Source: a virus
UHGV virus genome: UHGV-0375243
Direction: 5' to 3' (one strand)
DNA length: 38,331 nucleotides
Part shown: positions 1 through 11,353 of the stretch, piece after piece
Position numbering within the stretch: the stretch's first letter is position 1
Layout of the letters: each line of letters begins with the position of its first letter
The notes under the pieces: model-generated
What the model was told of the DNA's origin: nothing
The model's input: the letters and a program-made list of their open reading frames with translations, nothing else
Database searches by the model: none
Translations under genes and position numbers: made by a program

Positions 1-176
1 GCGCAAGCGGTTTTTTTGTATGTGAAATACAGCTACACCTATTCAATGGTGGGCTGTGTGGGGGCATCGAAAGATGCGCCAGTATCCGTTTAGGCTGGTA
101 CGCCAACCCCATACAGTTCACCACCAGTAATTGGCGTTGCTAGTGGTGATTACCCAAACTAAACGGAGTAATCATT

Positions 177-881
177 ATGACTAATCAGTTTCCTATCAAT
201 TTAAATCCTGAAATCGTTGTTAACAATAGAGGTCAAGCCGTTACCTCTTCTCAATCTGTGGCTGCATTCTTTATCAAGCGCCATGATGATGTTCTAAAGA
301 AAATACGAAACCTTGATTGCTCACCAGAATTTCATAACCGCAATTTTGCGGAGATGTCCATTAACCTAAAAATAGGCAATGGAGCCATGAGGAAAACACC
401 ATTCTTTCAAATGACTAAAAATGGATTTGTATTTTTAGTTATGGGTTTTACTGGAAAGAAAGCTGCTCAATTTAAAGAAGCCTATATTTCCGAATTTGAT
501 AGAATGGAAGCCGAACTTGCAGAAGAACGTTATTTATCAATTGGTAATTCAACAGATAAAAAAGACCTCATAGCACTTGTCGATCAACTGCAACGTACTA
601 TCCATGAAGGTGAGTTTATCCCTGCTGGGCAAGTTGCCAAAGAATATAGCTTTCCTCGCACTCGTAAAAATCGCATCGAATTACTGGATGATTTTATGCG
701 TAACCCGAAGAAAGATGTTTTACACAATCTCCTCACCTATCTAAAAAAAGACGGTCACAACGTTGATGAAGCTGAAAGAACACTGCGTTGGGTTCGTGAA
801 TCACTGTTAGAAATGAACGGTGCAATGCAAGAAATACGCACACATCATCAATATGTAGAAAGTTTGATTAGTCGGTTATAA
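177..881 (+). CDS. Rha-family phage regulatory protein or antirepressor
   Basis: The N-terminus (AVTSSQSVAAFF-KRHDDVLKKIRNL) matches the phage Rha N-domain. An RBS (GGAG) lies 8 nt upstream, and a terminator follows the gene. Confidence 0.65.
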   Translation: MTNQFPINLNPEIVVNNRGQAVTSSQSVAAFFIKRHDDVLKKIRNLDCSPEFHNRNFAEMSINLKIGNGAMRKTPFFQMTKNGFVFLVMGFTGKKAAQFKEAYISEFDRMEAELAEERYLSIGNSTDKKDLIALVDQLQRTIHEGEFIPAGQVAKEYSFPRTRKNRIELLDDFMRNPKKDVLHNLLTYLKKDGHNVDEAERTLRWVRESLLEMNGAMQEIRTHHQYVESLISRL

Positions 882-887
882 CCACGC

Positions 888-913
888 TAAGCCCCTTTCG
901 AGGGGCTTTTGTT
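888..913 (+). terminator. Rho-independent terminator after the Rha gene
   Basis: The hairpin AGCCCCT-TTCG-AGGGGCT is followed by TTTTGTTG. Confidence 0.7.
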
Positions 914-979
914 GATTTGATTATTACATAAACTCACTATATGCTCCTTCTGTTTAATCATTTTTAGTGGAGCTTATGT

Positions 980-1396
980 ATGCCAAACAAATTTTTTCTT
1001 CTTGTTTTTTCATTGCTTGTATTATCGGGATGTGACCAAAATTTAAAAACAATATATTATCCAAATACTAGTTCATTTAACGAATATGTAATTCCACTAG
1101 CAGTAAGTGATGAGTTTTTATCAAAATTTTCAACTGAATACGCTAGTTATAATAAACATCTATATGACATATCTGTTAGGAACATAAATATAAGCCATGA
1201 TGCTTTCTATAAAATGAACGTTGATTTAATTATCACAGAAACATATGAGAATGCAAAAAAATCATATTGTATAAATAATAAATCCCCTTTATTTAGACTA
1301 AACAAAGAGGATATTAAAGTAACTCTTACGTATAAAGATAAAAGCGGTCAGTCCACTTTTCTATCTTTTTCATTAAACCCAAACTCATGTAAATAG
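980..1396 (+). CDS. Putative lipoprotein (moron), function unknown
   Basis: The signal peptide ends in the lipobox LSGC (LLVLSGCDQN). The gene is very AT-rich compared with its neighbours and sits between the tail module and the regulatory genes. Confidence 0.5.
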   Translation: MPNKFFLLVFSLLVLSGCDQNLKTIYYPNTSSFNEYVIPLAVSDEFLSKFSTEYASYNKHLYDISVRNINISHDAFYKMNVDLIITETYENAKKSYCINNKSPLFRLNKEDIKVTLTYKDKSGQSTFLSFSLNPNSCK

Positions 1397-1401
1397 AAGC
1401 A

Positions 1402-4400
1402 TTATTTAAGTTGCTCCTCAACTTGATTCAATAATGGTGACAAATAAAACAAGTTTTGGAAAGGTAATAGTTTGCGCACAGATCGCACTTCTCTATCATC
1501 AAACTCACCATTTAATACACCTGATGTGATGTTTTTAATATCACCGCCAAGGTCAAATGTAGGGCCTAATAAGGCACCAATTCCATTACGGCTTTGATAA
1601 CGTGATGCTGGTGGTCCACCAAACATAGCACTCATACCATAAGTACCACCGCTAAGGTTTTCCAATACGTTATTAGGCTCACCTAGCCAGCCCATCATCC
1701 CTGACCAGTCTAACCCTTCTTTTACTAAGTTAGCCGGTTCGGTATTAATATCTCGTCCTGCCATTTTAGCCTTGAGGACATAGACTAGGGATCCAAGTGC
1801 TACCTGAAGCAATGCTCCATAGTAAAATGATGCATCACCTGATTGTATGCCTGAAACCAACGCTCTATTGTGAGTAGCAAAGAAGAAGGTTTTAAACTGC
1901 ATAACTATCTTACCTAGTTCACTGCTCATCATTAATGGTGTATCACCAATACCCGGAGTGATTACCGTAGTTCTTACATCTTTTAATACTGCCGCTTGGA
2001 AAGTTTCACGCACAACACGATCATCCCATAAGTGGCTATGCCCTGTTAACATGCCGTCTAAGTCTTCACCGTGTCGCTTAAACTGATCTGCTATACGCTT
2101 TAGCATTGATTCATCAATACCAATATGAGCCAGTTTCTTTATTTCTCGTTTACTTAACGAACCACCAGCGTCTAAAGTGTTTGCTGCTCTCAGCACCTTA
2201 GATTGAGTAATAAGCCCAGACCACATTTTCATCGTGTCTGTATATTGGTTCATTAATGTGAAGTTACCAAATTTCTGTGATGACCACTGTAAACCACGCT
2301 CTAAATAGCTACGTCTGCTATAGGGATCGCTAAGGTCAGCAATCACTTTAGAACGACTGGATAATGCATATTCAAGGCCAATACCCATTTCACGCAAATC
2401 GGCCTTAGCAATGCGCATAGCACTGATATCAGTTAGCATCTTACCCAATGGTTTTAACGCACTACGTAAACCGTGTTGCATAATCGGACGAGCCATATCA
2501 GGTAACGATGATATTGTCATCCCCCCCAATAAACGTAAAAAGTTAACGTGACGAGCCACACGGCCAGCTCGCACAAATAGACTTGCTGGATCTTTAGGTG
2601 CGCCATAAGTACCTAATAAACGGTCACGCATCGCGCGAATATCACGTAGATCCGCCTCTCTTCGTGCTTCTAATCGACTGCGTTCTTTAGGTGTGGTTGC
2701 ATCAGCAATAAGTTGGTTATATTCCTCTGTAATCGCTTTGATTTGATTATCCATATCAACACGGCCAAATTTAGCCGTGAGTTCAATTTCAGGCGCAACT
2801 TGGCGAATATAGTTTTCCATCACATAGTTAACATCTGATTCGAGATAGTCTTTAATGCGTTCATCAGGAATGTTTAAGGTTCTATCTTTTGTAAAACCAG
2901 CGCGTTTAACTAACCCATCAGGGATTAGCTCACTGGGTACAATGCCAGACGGGGCACCAATAATTTTATTAACAATATCATCTGCTGCAGCATCTAACTC
3001 TTCACGCTCTAAAGGTGTCATGCGATTTAATGCTGATTGCCTAATTCTGTCATGGCGAGTTAATGAATTTGCAGTTCGTGTTAAACGACGATGTTCATTC
3101 CTAAACTTGCGAGGGTTATCAAGAATATCAACGCTACGTTGTAACGTAGGTAATTTATTCTCAGCATCACTAATACGCTGTAATTTTCTTTGTAATGTTG
3201 CTTGTCTTCTTGTTTGTGTTTTATTTAGCTTAGTAAGGTTAGAAAGTGAATTTAGCTCAACTTCTACCGCATTCTTTTCATTAATGATTTTTTGATATTT
3301 ATTAATATCATCCATCAACAAAGATTTTTTACCTGACCAACTCTCAGCCTCTTTAATCTCAAGCCCTAAACGTTCGGCTTGTGGTGAAGCGTTACGTGCT
3401 TTATCAATACCAATTTCAGCACGATCAAGGCTACCTTTAGCTTTATTTATTGAGGTTTGATTAATCTCTTCTAACCAGTCAGCAATGATTTTCTTAAATT
3501 CAGTACGATCATTTAAAATTTTGTCGAATTTATAAATACGAGGGAAGTAGCTTTGTGCTGTTGTCACCTTTACACCTTCACGTAAGATCCCTAATTCAAC
3601 CATTCTATCTTTGGTTGCTTCGACAATAGGTCTAATAGAACGTGCTGCCTCTGCCACTTGTGGTATTGCATGAGTATCACCATTGCGCATAGCATCACCA
3701 ACAGCTTCACTAAATTGGTAATAATTCATATCACGGCCACCAGATTGACGATATTGTTTAAAGTGGTCTTTCGTTGATTCTACTTGTTTATAAACGAGAG
3801 TTTCATAACCTCTCACTTTTGTTTCAACAGCGGTAAATGTCGCAATACCTTCTTCATTTTTAGCAAAGGTAAAGTTATTTTCTGTGAGTTGTTGGTTAAT
3901 TTGTCGCGCTGTTTTAGAGGGGGATTGAGCAACACGGCCAACAGGGCTAACATTCATCGTACGATTAATAAATGATGGCCCTTTTAAGGTTTCTTGTTCT
4001 AATGTGGTGTTAGGTACTTCCATTGCACCAACACTAGAATTATCAGGAATATTGTTTGGAATATTTTGTTGCCCTGATTGTTGTTCTCCAATTAAATCAT
4101 TTCTTACTTTTGTTACCAATTCACCACGGTTTTTTACTAACTGCGCAGCTGAACCTAAGGTTCCACCGATCATGGCATCAAGTGTAATGTTAATTGCACT
4201 TTCAGTTAATGTTCGTGTTTCTTGGGTACTATGTAATGCCATTTCAGAAGCTACGCCCCCAGCAGTATTTGCCAATGCAAACTTACCTGCGGTTGTGGCC
4301 ACACTACCACCTTTTACAATGGCTCCCCCTGGTATCATCATTGCAGCAACATTAATTGGATCAATAACCCCCATAGCAATACTACTCACAACACCAGCAC

Positions 4401-4785
4401 CGCCAGCATCTGCTAACATTTGCTTATCGTTACGCTCACGATCAATACGTTGTTTTATTGCAGCGGTTTCTTGAGGAGAGTTTGAATGAATAAAGGCATC
4501 GGCATAGTCTTCATAACCTGAAATCGTTAATTCATCTTCAAATGGGTTATAGCCGTCTACATCTTCAAATTGATTAAAAGGTGCAGTAGCAATCAAGCTA
4601 CCAACTGAGTTATCGATACGAAACGCTGCATCACGTAATTCTTTAGTTTGCCGTCTATCATCAAGCGGATTAATAGGGTCATACCAAGACGGTGAAACAT
4701 TATCACCATAAGTAGGTTCAGGTTGCTGAACAGCATTAATATCCGCAGATAAAATATCATCAGGTTGTTGTTCGTAAATAGGCAT
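1402..4785 (-). CDS. Large internal virion or ejection protein (T7 gp16-like by position)
   Basis: At 1127 aa it is the last gene of the virion operon, with an ATGA start/stop overlap to the upstream gene. A Gly/Ala-rich hydrophobic segment fits a channel-forming ejection protein. Confidence 0.45.
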   Translation of the reverse strand: MPIYEQQPDDILSADINAVQQPEPTYGDNVSPSWYDPINPLDDRRQTKELRDAAFRIDNSVGSLIATAPFNQFEDVDGYNPFEDELTISGYEDYADAFIHSNSPQETAAIKQRIDRERNDKQMLADAGGAGVVSSIAMGVIDPINVAAMMIPGGAIVKGGSVATTAGKFALANTAGGVASEMALHSTQETRTLTESAINITLDAMIGGTLGSAAQLVKNRGELVTKVRNDLIGEQQSGQQNIPNNIPDNSSVGAMEVPNTTLEQETLKGPSFINRTMNVSPVGRVAQSPSKTARQINQQLTENNFTFAKNEEGIATFTAVETKVRGYETLVYKQVESTKDHFKQYRQSGGRDMNYYQFSEAVGDAMRNGDTHAIPQVAEAARSIRPIVEATKDRMVELGILREGVKVTTAQSYFPRIYKFDKILNDRTEFKKIIADWLEEINQTSINKAKGSLDRAEIGIDKARNASPQAERLGLEIKEAESWSGKKSLLMDDINKYQKIINEKNAVEVELNSLSNLTKLNKTQTRRQATLQRKLQRISDAENKLPTLQRSVDILDNPRKFRNEHRRLTRTANSLTRHDRIRQSALNRMTPLEREELDAAADDIVNKIIGAPSGIVPSELIPDGLVKRAGFTKDRTLNIPDERIKDYLESDVNYVMENYIRQVAPEIELTAKFGRVDMDNQIKAITEEYNQLIADATTPKERSRLEARREADLRDIRAMRDRLLGTYGAPKDPASLFVRAGRVARHVNFLRLLGGMTISSLPDMARPIMQHGLRSALKPLGKMLTDISAMRIAKADLREMGIGLEYALSSRSKVIADLSDPYSRRSYLERGLQWSSQKFGNFTLMNQYTDTMKMWSGLITQSKVLRAANTLDAGGSLSKREIKKLAHIGIDESMLKRIADQFKRHGEDLDGMLTGHSHLWDDRVVRETFQAAVLKDVRTTVITPGIGDTPLMMSSELGKIVMQFKTFFFATHNRALVSGIQSGDASFYYGALLQVALGSLVYVLKAKMAGRDINTEPANLVKEGLDWSGMMGWLGEPNNVLENLSGGTYGMSAMFGGPPASRYQSRNGIGALLGPTFDLGGDIKNITSGVLNGEFDDREVRSVRKLLPFQNLFYLSPLLNQVEEQLK

Positions 4786-7700
4786 CAGTTTTTATCCCAA
4801 GAAAAATAATTATTGAATTTATTTACTCGCTCATTGTGAGCTTCTTTATATTGCTCACGGATATTTTGACGACGTTCATCAAATTCTGAGCGTGATTTAT
4901 CCAATGCTTCTTCTCGTTCCCTTTTATTCTGTGCTTCCTTAACGCTTTGCTGACGTTTTTCCATTACCTCTTTGTACATTGGTGATGATGACTGTTCTGG
5001 TTTAAAGCGAATAGGCAAGCCGTTATCTCCCGTGTATGGACGATAAATAGGGATATCATCACTACCGGTTTGTTTTATCATTATGCCGTAGCTGTAATCT
5101 CTTGGTGTCACTGCATCAGAGACAATAACGATTTCAGTGCTAGAAGAAGCACCACCAAATGACTTAGACATTAATTGCTTTTTCTCTTCCTCCCATTGGC
5201 CAGCGATCCAGTTTCCAGCACCTGATTCATTAATACCGTATACAGCTTCTGGCGCATAACGCATAACTTCTTCACTGCCATTAATATTTGATACTGCCCA
5301 TGTTCTTTTAATTTGAGCGTTAGTCATTTTCTTGGCTAGTTCTGCATCACCGCCTGTTTCAGCAAAGTTAGCGTCATACAACGTTTGATAGTCACGTAAG
5401 TAAGCACCATTTTGAGTGCCAGGCTTACTGACGTTTGGTGAAGAAAATGGTTTATACCAAGGGTAAAAATCATTGATATTAGATTGCGCCGCTTTATCTC
5501 TATCCTTGATATATCCTTTATCCCTGATTTGAGAAGCGATCATTTGCTTAGTGCGTTCATCTTGTTCAAATGTCGTCTTAAATGCAGTTTCTACCGCTTT
5601 ATCATCAGGCATACCAGCACGACTTAAACTATATACTTTTGAGTAATACGCCATTGTGCTTGATGGAATATCAGTCGCTGATGCCGGATTGTTATCAAAT
5701 ATCTGCCCATACATTTTCGCGATAGGAAGAACAACTTCTGGATCTTTAGATGTTGCCCCCATATTCAATACAGATTTAACTTGTGATGGGATAATCCCTG
5801 TTCTTGCAGTAAGTTCAGCAACGGCATTTAAGCTATTATCATCACGTAAATTAAAGCTCTGCTGAATATGTTGTTCAAAGTAATCATCTGCTGCCTGCTG
5901 ATTATTCTTATCATTAGGATCAAGCGGAAAGTTATTTTGAATGGAAAGCTGTAATCGGTTAGCTGCAAACTGTTTATCTTGTTCCTTGATGTTCCCTTCA
6001 ACGAACTTACCAAATTTCTCCCAACGTTGAATTTTGCTTTCGTAGTTTGCTGCACCCGTTTGAGGTCTAATTTGTGATAACAAAGCTTGCTGTGCTTGTG
6101 GCGACATTTCTTTAGCTGCTGACATAAAACCAGCATAACGTTTAGCTTCTTGCATATCGGCAGACATGGCTGAACCTTTGTCATAGCCAAACGCAGAGAT
6201 TAATTCATCATGAGTAGGCGCATTAGGTGCTTCAAGCCCTCTTTCCCATGCTGCGTAAGAGTCCGCTACACGAGTACCGAGTTGTTGCTGTAACTCACCT
6301 TGTTTTTGCTTACGTAGCTGTTCTGCTTGTCGTAAATATTTTGCTTGGTCAGCTTCATCTAAGGCATCGAAAGCGGCAGATCCGGTTAATAGTTTTGGTG
6401 CTTCTGATGTCGCTTGTAACTCAACAAAACCAAGTGCTGACTGTATGCCTGTTGCTATCTGCTCATCAGTGTAATTAACACGGTTACGCCCATTCTCTTT
6501 ATACATTATCGCTGTCGATAAATGCGTTAAGGTATCTAAATTCGTTAAATCTAATGGTTGATTAGGTGCAACACCAAGGTAATCAGATACATACTCAATG
6601 TATGCCTGAGTATCATTATTATCTTCTGGTGGTGCCCAGCGATTAATGATCTGCTCTGGTGTAACAAAACCTTGTCGAGCATAAGAAAGTAGATTTTTAC
6701 CTAATGCTCTAATGCCGTGCTCAGGTGTGGCAAACTTAGCAAATGCACCATCATCACCGGTTTGCCCTACCCATTTATTGCTAGATATACGAATATTACC
6801 AGGGTTGTTGTTTCTAACACCTCTTGTATCACCGTTACTAGGTGTATACATATTCTCTTGCTGTTTATGCAGATTATCAGCGTAAGCAGTAGCATCTTCA
6901 GGGTTATCAAAAATCCCTAAGTGCTTACCTGTTTGCTCGTATAACGCAATAGCTTCATCATCAGATAACAGCTTGCCATCGTCACTTACGGTAGGTATCA
7001 GCACTTCACCATCATCGGTACCAATAGAAATCGTTCTTACTGTACTAATTGAGCCGTCTTCGTTTTTAACTGTTGGCCTATTGAGTAAATTAATATTACC
7101 CTGTTGGGTCATTCCTTTAACTTTACCAACAGTACCACCATAGAACGCATTATTTCTGGTAGCACCACCAAGGCTTGAAGGTTCTCCATTTCGTTCTAAG
7201 AACCCCATATAATCAGCACCGAGTTGATTTTCAATCGCTTTACGAGCAGTTGCCACTTTGAATTCTTGTTTCTTGGCGAGGATCTGCTCTTCACCCCAAC
7301 CGTGTGATAATCCAAACTCTTCTATTTGCTGAAACACTTGTTTATGTGCAGAGATATAAGCCTGATTATCACCGTACATTGATGCGGCAGACTCTGCATT
7401 TAATGTTAGCGTTGATTGAAACTGATCTTGTTCATAAGCTTTGATTTGCCCCATCTCATGACGATTAGCTTGTGATGCAAACTGAACCCCCATTTCTTGC
7501 GCTTGTTGCATAAAGCTTTGTCGAACAATATCGTCAGGTAATGTTGATGATATTTCACCAGCATAATCACGAAATGACTGCTCATACTCATACGCTTTAC
7601 CAATCGCATTCTTACCTTGCTGTGAAAGTAATCCATTTTGCGGATTGGTCATCAGTTCATTGGCTTTTTGTCGTAGCTGTAATGCGGCATCTTGCGCCAG

Positions 7701-7868
7701 TGCAACATTGGCCCTTTGTTTTGCTTCTGCAAACAAACCAACATATTGCTCACCAACACGACCAATGCCAGCGCCAAAAGCATCAGGTGATGATTGAACA
7801 GAAAACCCATTATTCGGTAACTGCTCAGGCATAACCGTTCTATTATCGTATGTAGGAACCTTTGGCAT
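4785..7868 (-). CDS. Internal virion protein with embedded muralytic domain (T7 gp15/gp16-like by position)
   Basis: A 1027 aa protein. Residues 345-440 ([12 protein letters not shown]...[10 protein letters not shown]...[12 protein letters not shown]) are homologous to the standalone endolysin at 33908..34375. Confidence 0.5.
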   Translation of the reverse strand: MPKVPTYDNRTVMPEQLPNNGFSVQSSPDAFGAGIGRVGEQYVGLFAEAKQRANVALAQDAALQLRQKANELMTNPQNGLLSQQGKNAIGKAYEYEQSFRDYAGEISSTLPDDIVRQSFMQQAQEMGVQFASQANRHEMGQIKAYEQDQFQSTLTLNAESAASMYGDNQAYISAHKQVFQQIEEFGLSHGWGEEQILAKKQEFKVATARKAIENQLGADYMGFLERNGEPSSLGGATRNNAFYGGTVGKVKGMTQQGNINLLNRPTVKNEDGSISTVRTISIGTDDGEVLIPTVSDDGKLLSDDEAIALYEQTGKHLGIFDNPEDATAYADNLHKQQENMYTPSNGDTRGVRNNNPGNIRISSNKWVGQTGDDGAFAKFATPEHGIRALGKNLLSYARQGFVTPEQIINRWAPPEDNNDTQAYIEYVSDYLGVAPNQPLDLTNLDTLTHLSTAIMYKENGRNRVNYTDEQIATGIQSALGFVELQATSEAPKLLTGSAAFDALDEADQAKYLRQAEQLRKQKQGELQQQLGTRVADSYAAWERGLEAPNAPTHDELISAFGYDKGSAMSADMQEAKRYAGFMSAAKEMSPQAQQALLSQIRPQTGAANYESKIQRWEKFGKFVEGNIKEQDKQFAANRLQLSIQNNFPLDPNDKNNQQAADDYFEQHIQQSFNLRDDNSLNAVAELTARTGIIPSQVKSVLNMGATSKDPEVVLPIAKMYGQIFDNNPASATDIPSSTMAYYSKVYSLSRAGMPDDKAVETAFKTTFEQDERTKQMIASQIRDKGYIKDRDKAAQSNINDFYPWYKPFSSPNVSKPGTQNGAYLRDYQTLYDANFAETGGDAELAKKMTNAQIKRTWAVSNINGSEEVMRYAPEAVYGINESGAGNWIAGQWEEEKKQLMSKSFGGASSSTEIVIVSDAVTPRDYSYGIMIKQTGSDDIPIYRPYTGDNGLPIRFKPEQSSSPMYKEVMEKRQQSVKEAQNKREREEALDKSRSEFDERRQNIREQYKEAHNERVNKFNNYFSWDKN

Positions 7869-7870
7869 AA

Positions 7871-8419
7871 TTAAAATCCTTTTGGTGCTTTAGCAAATGT
7901 CTTACCCGCTTTCGCAGCACCTGAGCCACCACCACCGAACGGACTCCATGTACCACCAGCCAACTGATACGCGCCATAAGCTTGAATAGGGGCTGTTAAT
8001 AACGTTGTCATTGCACCCATATTGCCTGAGCGTCTTGCCATTTTTGCATTAAGGCGATCATTCTCAGCTTGCATACGATAGCCATACGCTTCACGAGAAG
8101 CGTTATTAACCATAGTTAACGCATCAAGCTCCCCCATTGCAGCAGTATCACCTAAAATATCTAAAGCCCCAGCAGTGCTTAAATCAATGCCACTGGCTGA
8201 CATTGTTGCTGCCTGTGTACCTGCTAATTGGCGAGTGCGTCTACGCTGTTCTTGTGCCTGAGCATTGCCTTTATTAATTGCATCAAGTGCAGCATCTTCA
8301 TTAATTTTGGCGTTTTGATTAGCCACTGATGCTTGAAATTTACCATCGGTATATTGTCCGTATGCTTGCAATGCAGAAGTACCAATTACTGCTGCCGCTA
8401 ATGTTGTTGGTTCACACAT
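7871..8419 (-). CDS. Internal virion protein (gp14-like by position)
   Basis: A 182 aa Ala/Gly/Gln-rich protein lying between the tail tube and the large ejection proteins. Confidence 0.3.
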   Translation of the reverse strand: MCEPTTLAAAVIGTSALQAYGQYTDGKFQASVANQNAKINEDAALDAINKGNAQAQEQRRRTRQLAGTQAATMSASGIDLSTAGALDILGDTAAMGELDALTMVNNASREAYGYRMQAENDRLNAKMARRSGNMGAMTTLLTAPIQAYGAYQLAGGTWSPFGGGGSGAAKAGKTFAKAPKGF

Positions 8420-8910
8420 TATTTAGCCCTCAATGTAAAACGATGGAAAGGTAACTGAAGTAAACCTGCTGGCTTTGCTTCTTCAATCTGAAACCCCAAC
8501 CAATGGAGCCACGCCTTAGCAATATGATTACGTTCATCGACATAATTCATCAGTATTGAGTATTGCCCTAACATCTGTTTTAAGATGGGTTTACAGCGTC
8601 GTAGAAAGGTTTTCTGATGTTGCTCTAATAAGTTAGAACCCACCAACCAAGGAACACCTAAGCCAGTAAGTAATGAGCCAGAAGCAACACCAAAAATAGT
8701 CACGACTTCATCATTAATAATGCCGGCATAAGCTTTAGTAGAAACAGATAAGCCATGTCGTAATACCTGCTCAGGTGTTTGCATTGACATAGCGTAGAAC
8801 TCATCAACATCAGCTTGTCTTACATGTGGTAATAAACGAACAATATGTTCATGAGTAGCAGGAATAATTTGTACATGATGTTTTTTCATATCAGAAACCA
8901 CCAGCATCAA
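8419..8910 (-). CDS. Hypothetical virion protein (gp13-like by position)
   Basis: A 163 aa ORF that is translationally coupled within the structural operon. Confidence 0.3.
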   Translation of the reverse strand: MMLVVSDMKKHHVQIIPATHEHIVRLLPHVRQADVDEFYAMSMQTPEQVLRHGLSVSTKAYAGIINDEVVTIFGVASGSLLTGLGVPWLVGSNLLEQHQKTFLRRCKPILKQMLGQYSILMNYVDERNHIAKAWLHWLGFQIEEAKPAGLLQLPFHRFTLRAK

Positions 8911-11353
8911 TACGCGGAATAACAGAGAGCACCGCTAACGGTAACGGATCAACCTGTCTAATAAAGACACGTCCGTTTTTGCTCCAATCTGCATCTAAAT
9001 TAATTTCAACAATGCCTGTGGCATCATCAACAGGATTGTCGTAAAACTCGAATTGGCGTTGAGGATACTCATATAACCGTTCTTTTTCAGTACCAGCCCA
9101 AATACCCCGACTACTATTTACAATTAAGCTGGCAACCTTAATAAGTTTCTTCTTATCAAGTAATGTTTCTTGCCCATTAATATGGATATCAAGTGTTTCT
9201 AATTCACTGGTAATAGGTAATCCAATATGTACAACGGCTGATGGTGTATCAATTTCCACTGCGCCATTGATGACAATGGCCTGCGGTGAAACATTAGCAT
9301 CAGAGAGAATATTAACTGTCTTACCTTCAAGATGATTTAAGCCAGCAAAGCGATAGCGGGCAATGCTCCATTCAGTAGTGGGTGTATTTTGTAATGCTGG
9401 TGGGATATTGCGATTAGCAGAAATAACCACTTGATTTGCAGATATATATTGAACAATCTTACAGCGAAGCTCTTTATGTTCATTATCTGCAAAATAAGGA
9501 ATATTGACGGCACTACCGATATCAGAAGCGCTAAAGACTGGATCGCCTGAAACCACTAATTGATAGTTTTCTTGATAGTTCCACTCACCCGCTCCACCAG
9601 TGATGGTTGCTGTTTTTGATACATCAGTATTTCTACCGTCATAACTTAAGCCAGAATCCACAAAGAAAGCATCTTCTGTACGAGTAAATAAACGGCTGGC
9701 TAACCGTTCTACATACCGAACCTGTTTACCGTTTACTGTGCGCTGAACAATAAAATAAGCTGAATCTTCATTGCCTTCACTGATCGAACACGTTGACTCA
9801 AATTTCCCTTCTGTCGATTGTGGCGCCCATGCAAAAACTTGTTGTTCTCTTAAATAGGTTAAAGCCAGCATTAACCCATCGTCACGTATACACCATGCAA
9901 TAGAATATGGAACTGTAGTAAATGACCAATCAACAATACGATGACGTTGAAATAGGTGATTTGCCAACATAGTTAAGTCAGTGCCTTGATACCCATCAAC
10001 ATCAAAGGAATACGATAAATCACGCACAGCACTACCTTTCTCTTGTACGTAAAGCGCAATATTCGCAACAGAGATTGGCGGTAAATCACTTGAGCCGTTA
10101 GCCCCTTGTGATGACATTGAAAAACTGGAAGGTGTAAGTACTTTATTCTGATCGCCTGTGATTTGATATTCACCACCAGAGGTCAATGCCACCAGCGAAC
10201 CGACATCGATCAAATGGCGAATTTCATTTACTTGACGGCCTGCATACGTGTAGATAATGCGATCATCATCTTGGATAGGGTTGTTACGTCCAAAGTCTTT
10301 ATAGTCACCGCTACGACTGGCCCATATCGTTTGTGGATAGGCACGAGAGCCGGCAAAGAATAAACGTTGTTGGTAATAAACAACGGTGCTTGGATAACCA
10401 TCAACATCATTCCACACTGCACGCGCCCATTTATGGCTTGCATTATCTTCACCAACGGCATTGGATGGAATATAAGAGAGCACCTTTCCTGTGGCTGTTT
10501 TGCCATCTTCACTAACAGTTTCAATTTTTACGATACCAAAACCACTATGCAAATATTCCCACTGGATCCCTGTATCACCACCCCAACCATCCCAACTCAT
10601 TCCTTCCGTGTGAGAAGGTCTTAGTGTTCCTGTTTTACCGCCACTATTGGCACGATAGTAGTTACTGTCAGCACGGCGTTGATCATTAAGGTTGGTTGTT
10701 TTATCTGTTTCCCATACAGGAACCGCATCAATATCACGTTGCTCTAAATAGAACTGTTTACCTATTTGCTCGCTACCAAAAATATCATGCGTAGACGTTA
10801 ACGTAATTTGCCCTGTGCTTGCACTGGCATAGACTTTCATTGCCTTATCGGTATTGATATCTTCAAAGGGGCCGTTCTTGGTTTCAACGGAGACTAACTT
10901 CCAATCATCATGATCGTAACGCTGTAACTCCATTGGTGGATAATCAGTATGAACAATCGTCATAACATCGGCTGATTGCGTATACTTCAAATCAAATAAA
11001 TCAGCTTCTTTATAAGGTGTCGCTAATTCAAACACTTCGCCTTTATGTTCACCATCAGCATAGAGAACCTGCCCACCATCTTTAAACACGCGAATATAAC
11101 GATCACCAAACTCTAACGCATAGGTTTGTACGGTGCTGAATTGGAAAGGAATAAGGCGAGACTTCTTATTTTGATACTTTGTTTCAGCAATAAATCGTGT
11201 GCCTGGTCTATTCTCAACGCCACCATATTGACGAACAATAAAGTTATGGCACTTGCGCAGTGCAGTTGAATACTTCGCAAGATCAACACGACCATATAGG
11301 CTTGGTGCAATTTCACCGCCTGAAAAACTAGGTTGAATAAGACTAAATGGCAT
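8891..11353 (-). CDS. Tail tubular protein B (T7 gp12-like)
   Basis: An 820 aa protein whose N-terminus (MPFSLIQPSFSGGEIAPSLYGR) follows the pattern of the gp12 N-terminus. It is placed after the tail tubular protein A gene. Confidence 0.5.
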   Translation of the reverse strand: MPFSLIQPSFSGGEIAPSLYGRVDLAKYSTALRKCHNFIVRQYGGVENRPGTRFIAETKYQNKKSRLIPFQFSTVQTYALEFGDRYIRVFKDGGQVLYADGEHKGEVFELATPYKEADLFDLKYTQSADVMTIVHTDYPPMELQRYDHDDWKLVSVETKNGPFEDINTDKAMKVYASASTGQITLTSTHDIFGSEQIGKQFYLEQRDIDAVPVWETDKTTNLNDQRRADSNYYRANSGGKTGTLRPSHTEGMSWDGWGGDTGIQWEYLHSGFGIVKIETVSEDGKTATGKVLSYIPSNAVGEDNASHKWARAVWNDVDGYPSTVVYYQQRLFFAGSRAYPQTIWASRSGDYKDFGRNNPIQDDDRIIYTYAGRQVNEIRHLIDVGSLVALTSGGEYQITGDQNKVLTPSSFSMSSQGANGSSDLPPISVANIALYVQEKGSAVRDLSYSFDVDGYQGTDLTMLANHLFQRHRIVDWSFTTVPYSIAWCIRDDGLMLALTYLREQQVFAWAPQSTEGKFESTCSISEGNEDSAYFIVQRTVNGKQVRYVERLASRLFTRTEDAFFVDSGLSYDGRNTDVSKTATITGGAGEWNYQENYQLVVSGDPVFSASDIGSAVNIPYFADNEHKELRCKIVQYISANQVVISANRNIPPALQNTPTTEWSIARYRFAGLNHLEGKTVNILSDANVSPQAIVINGAVEIDTPSAVVHIGLPITSELETLDIHINGQETLLDKKKLIKVASLIVNSSRGIWAGTEKERLYEYPQRQFEFYDNPVDDATGIVEINLDADWSKNGRVFIRQVDPLPLAVLSVIPRIDAGGF

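Noticed and set aside
2855-4474. ORFs 2855..3295, 3784..3975 and 4004..4474 on the plus strand
   Set aside because: They lie entirely inside the 1127-aa minus-strand virion protein gene and give low-complexity translations with no RBS. They are antisense artefacts.
5656-7834. Small ORFs on both strands inside the 1027-aa virion protein gene (5656..5865, 5828..6190, 6227..6478, 6717..6920, 7406..7636, 7541..7834)
   Set aside because: They are embedded in a long, well-supported CDS in other frames and are hydrophobic or low-complexity, so they are spurious.
8419-8910. GNAT acetyltransferase call for the 163-aa virion-operon protein
   Set aside because: The only basis is a WLHWLGF motif, and no acetyl-CoA binding motifs (Q/RxxGxG/A) are visible. 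It is kept as a hypothetical virion protein.
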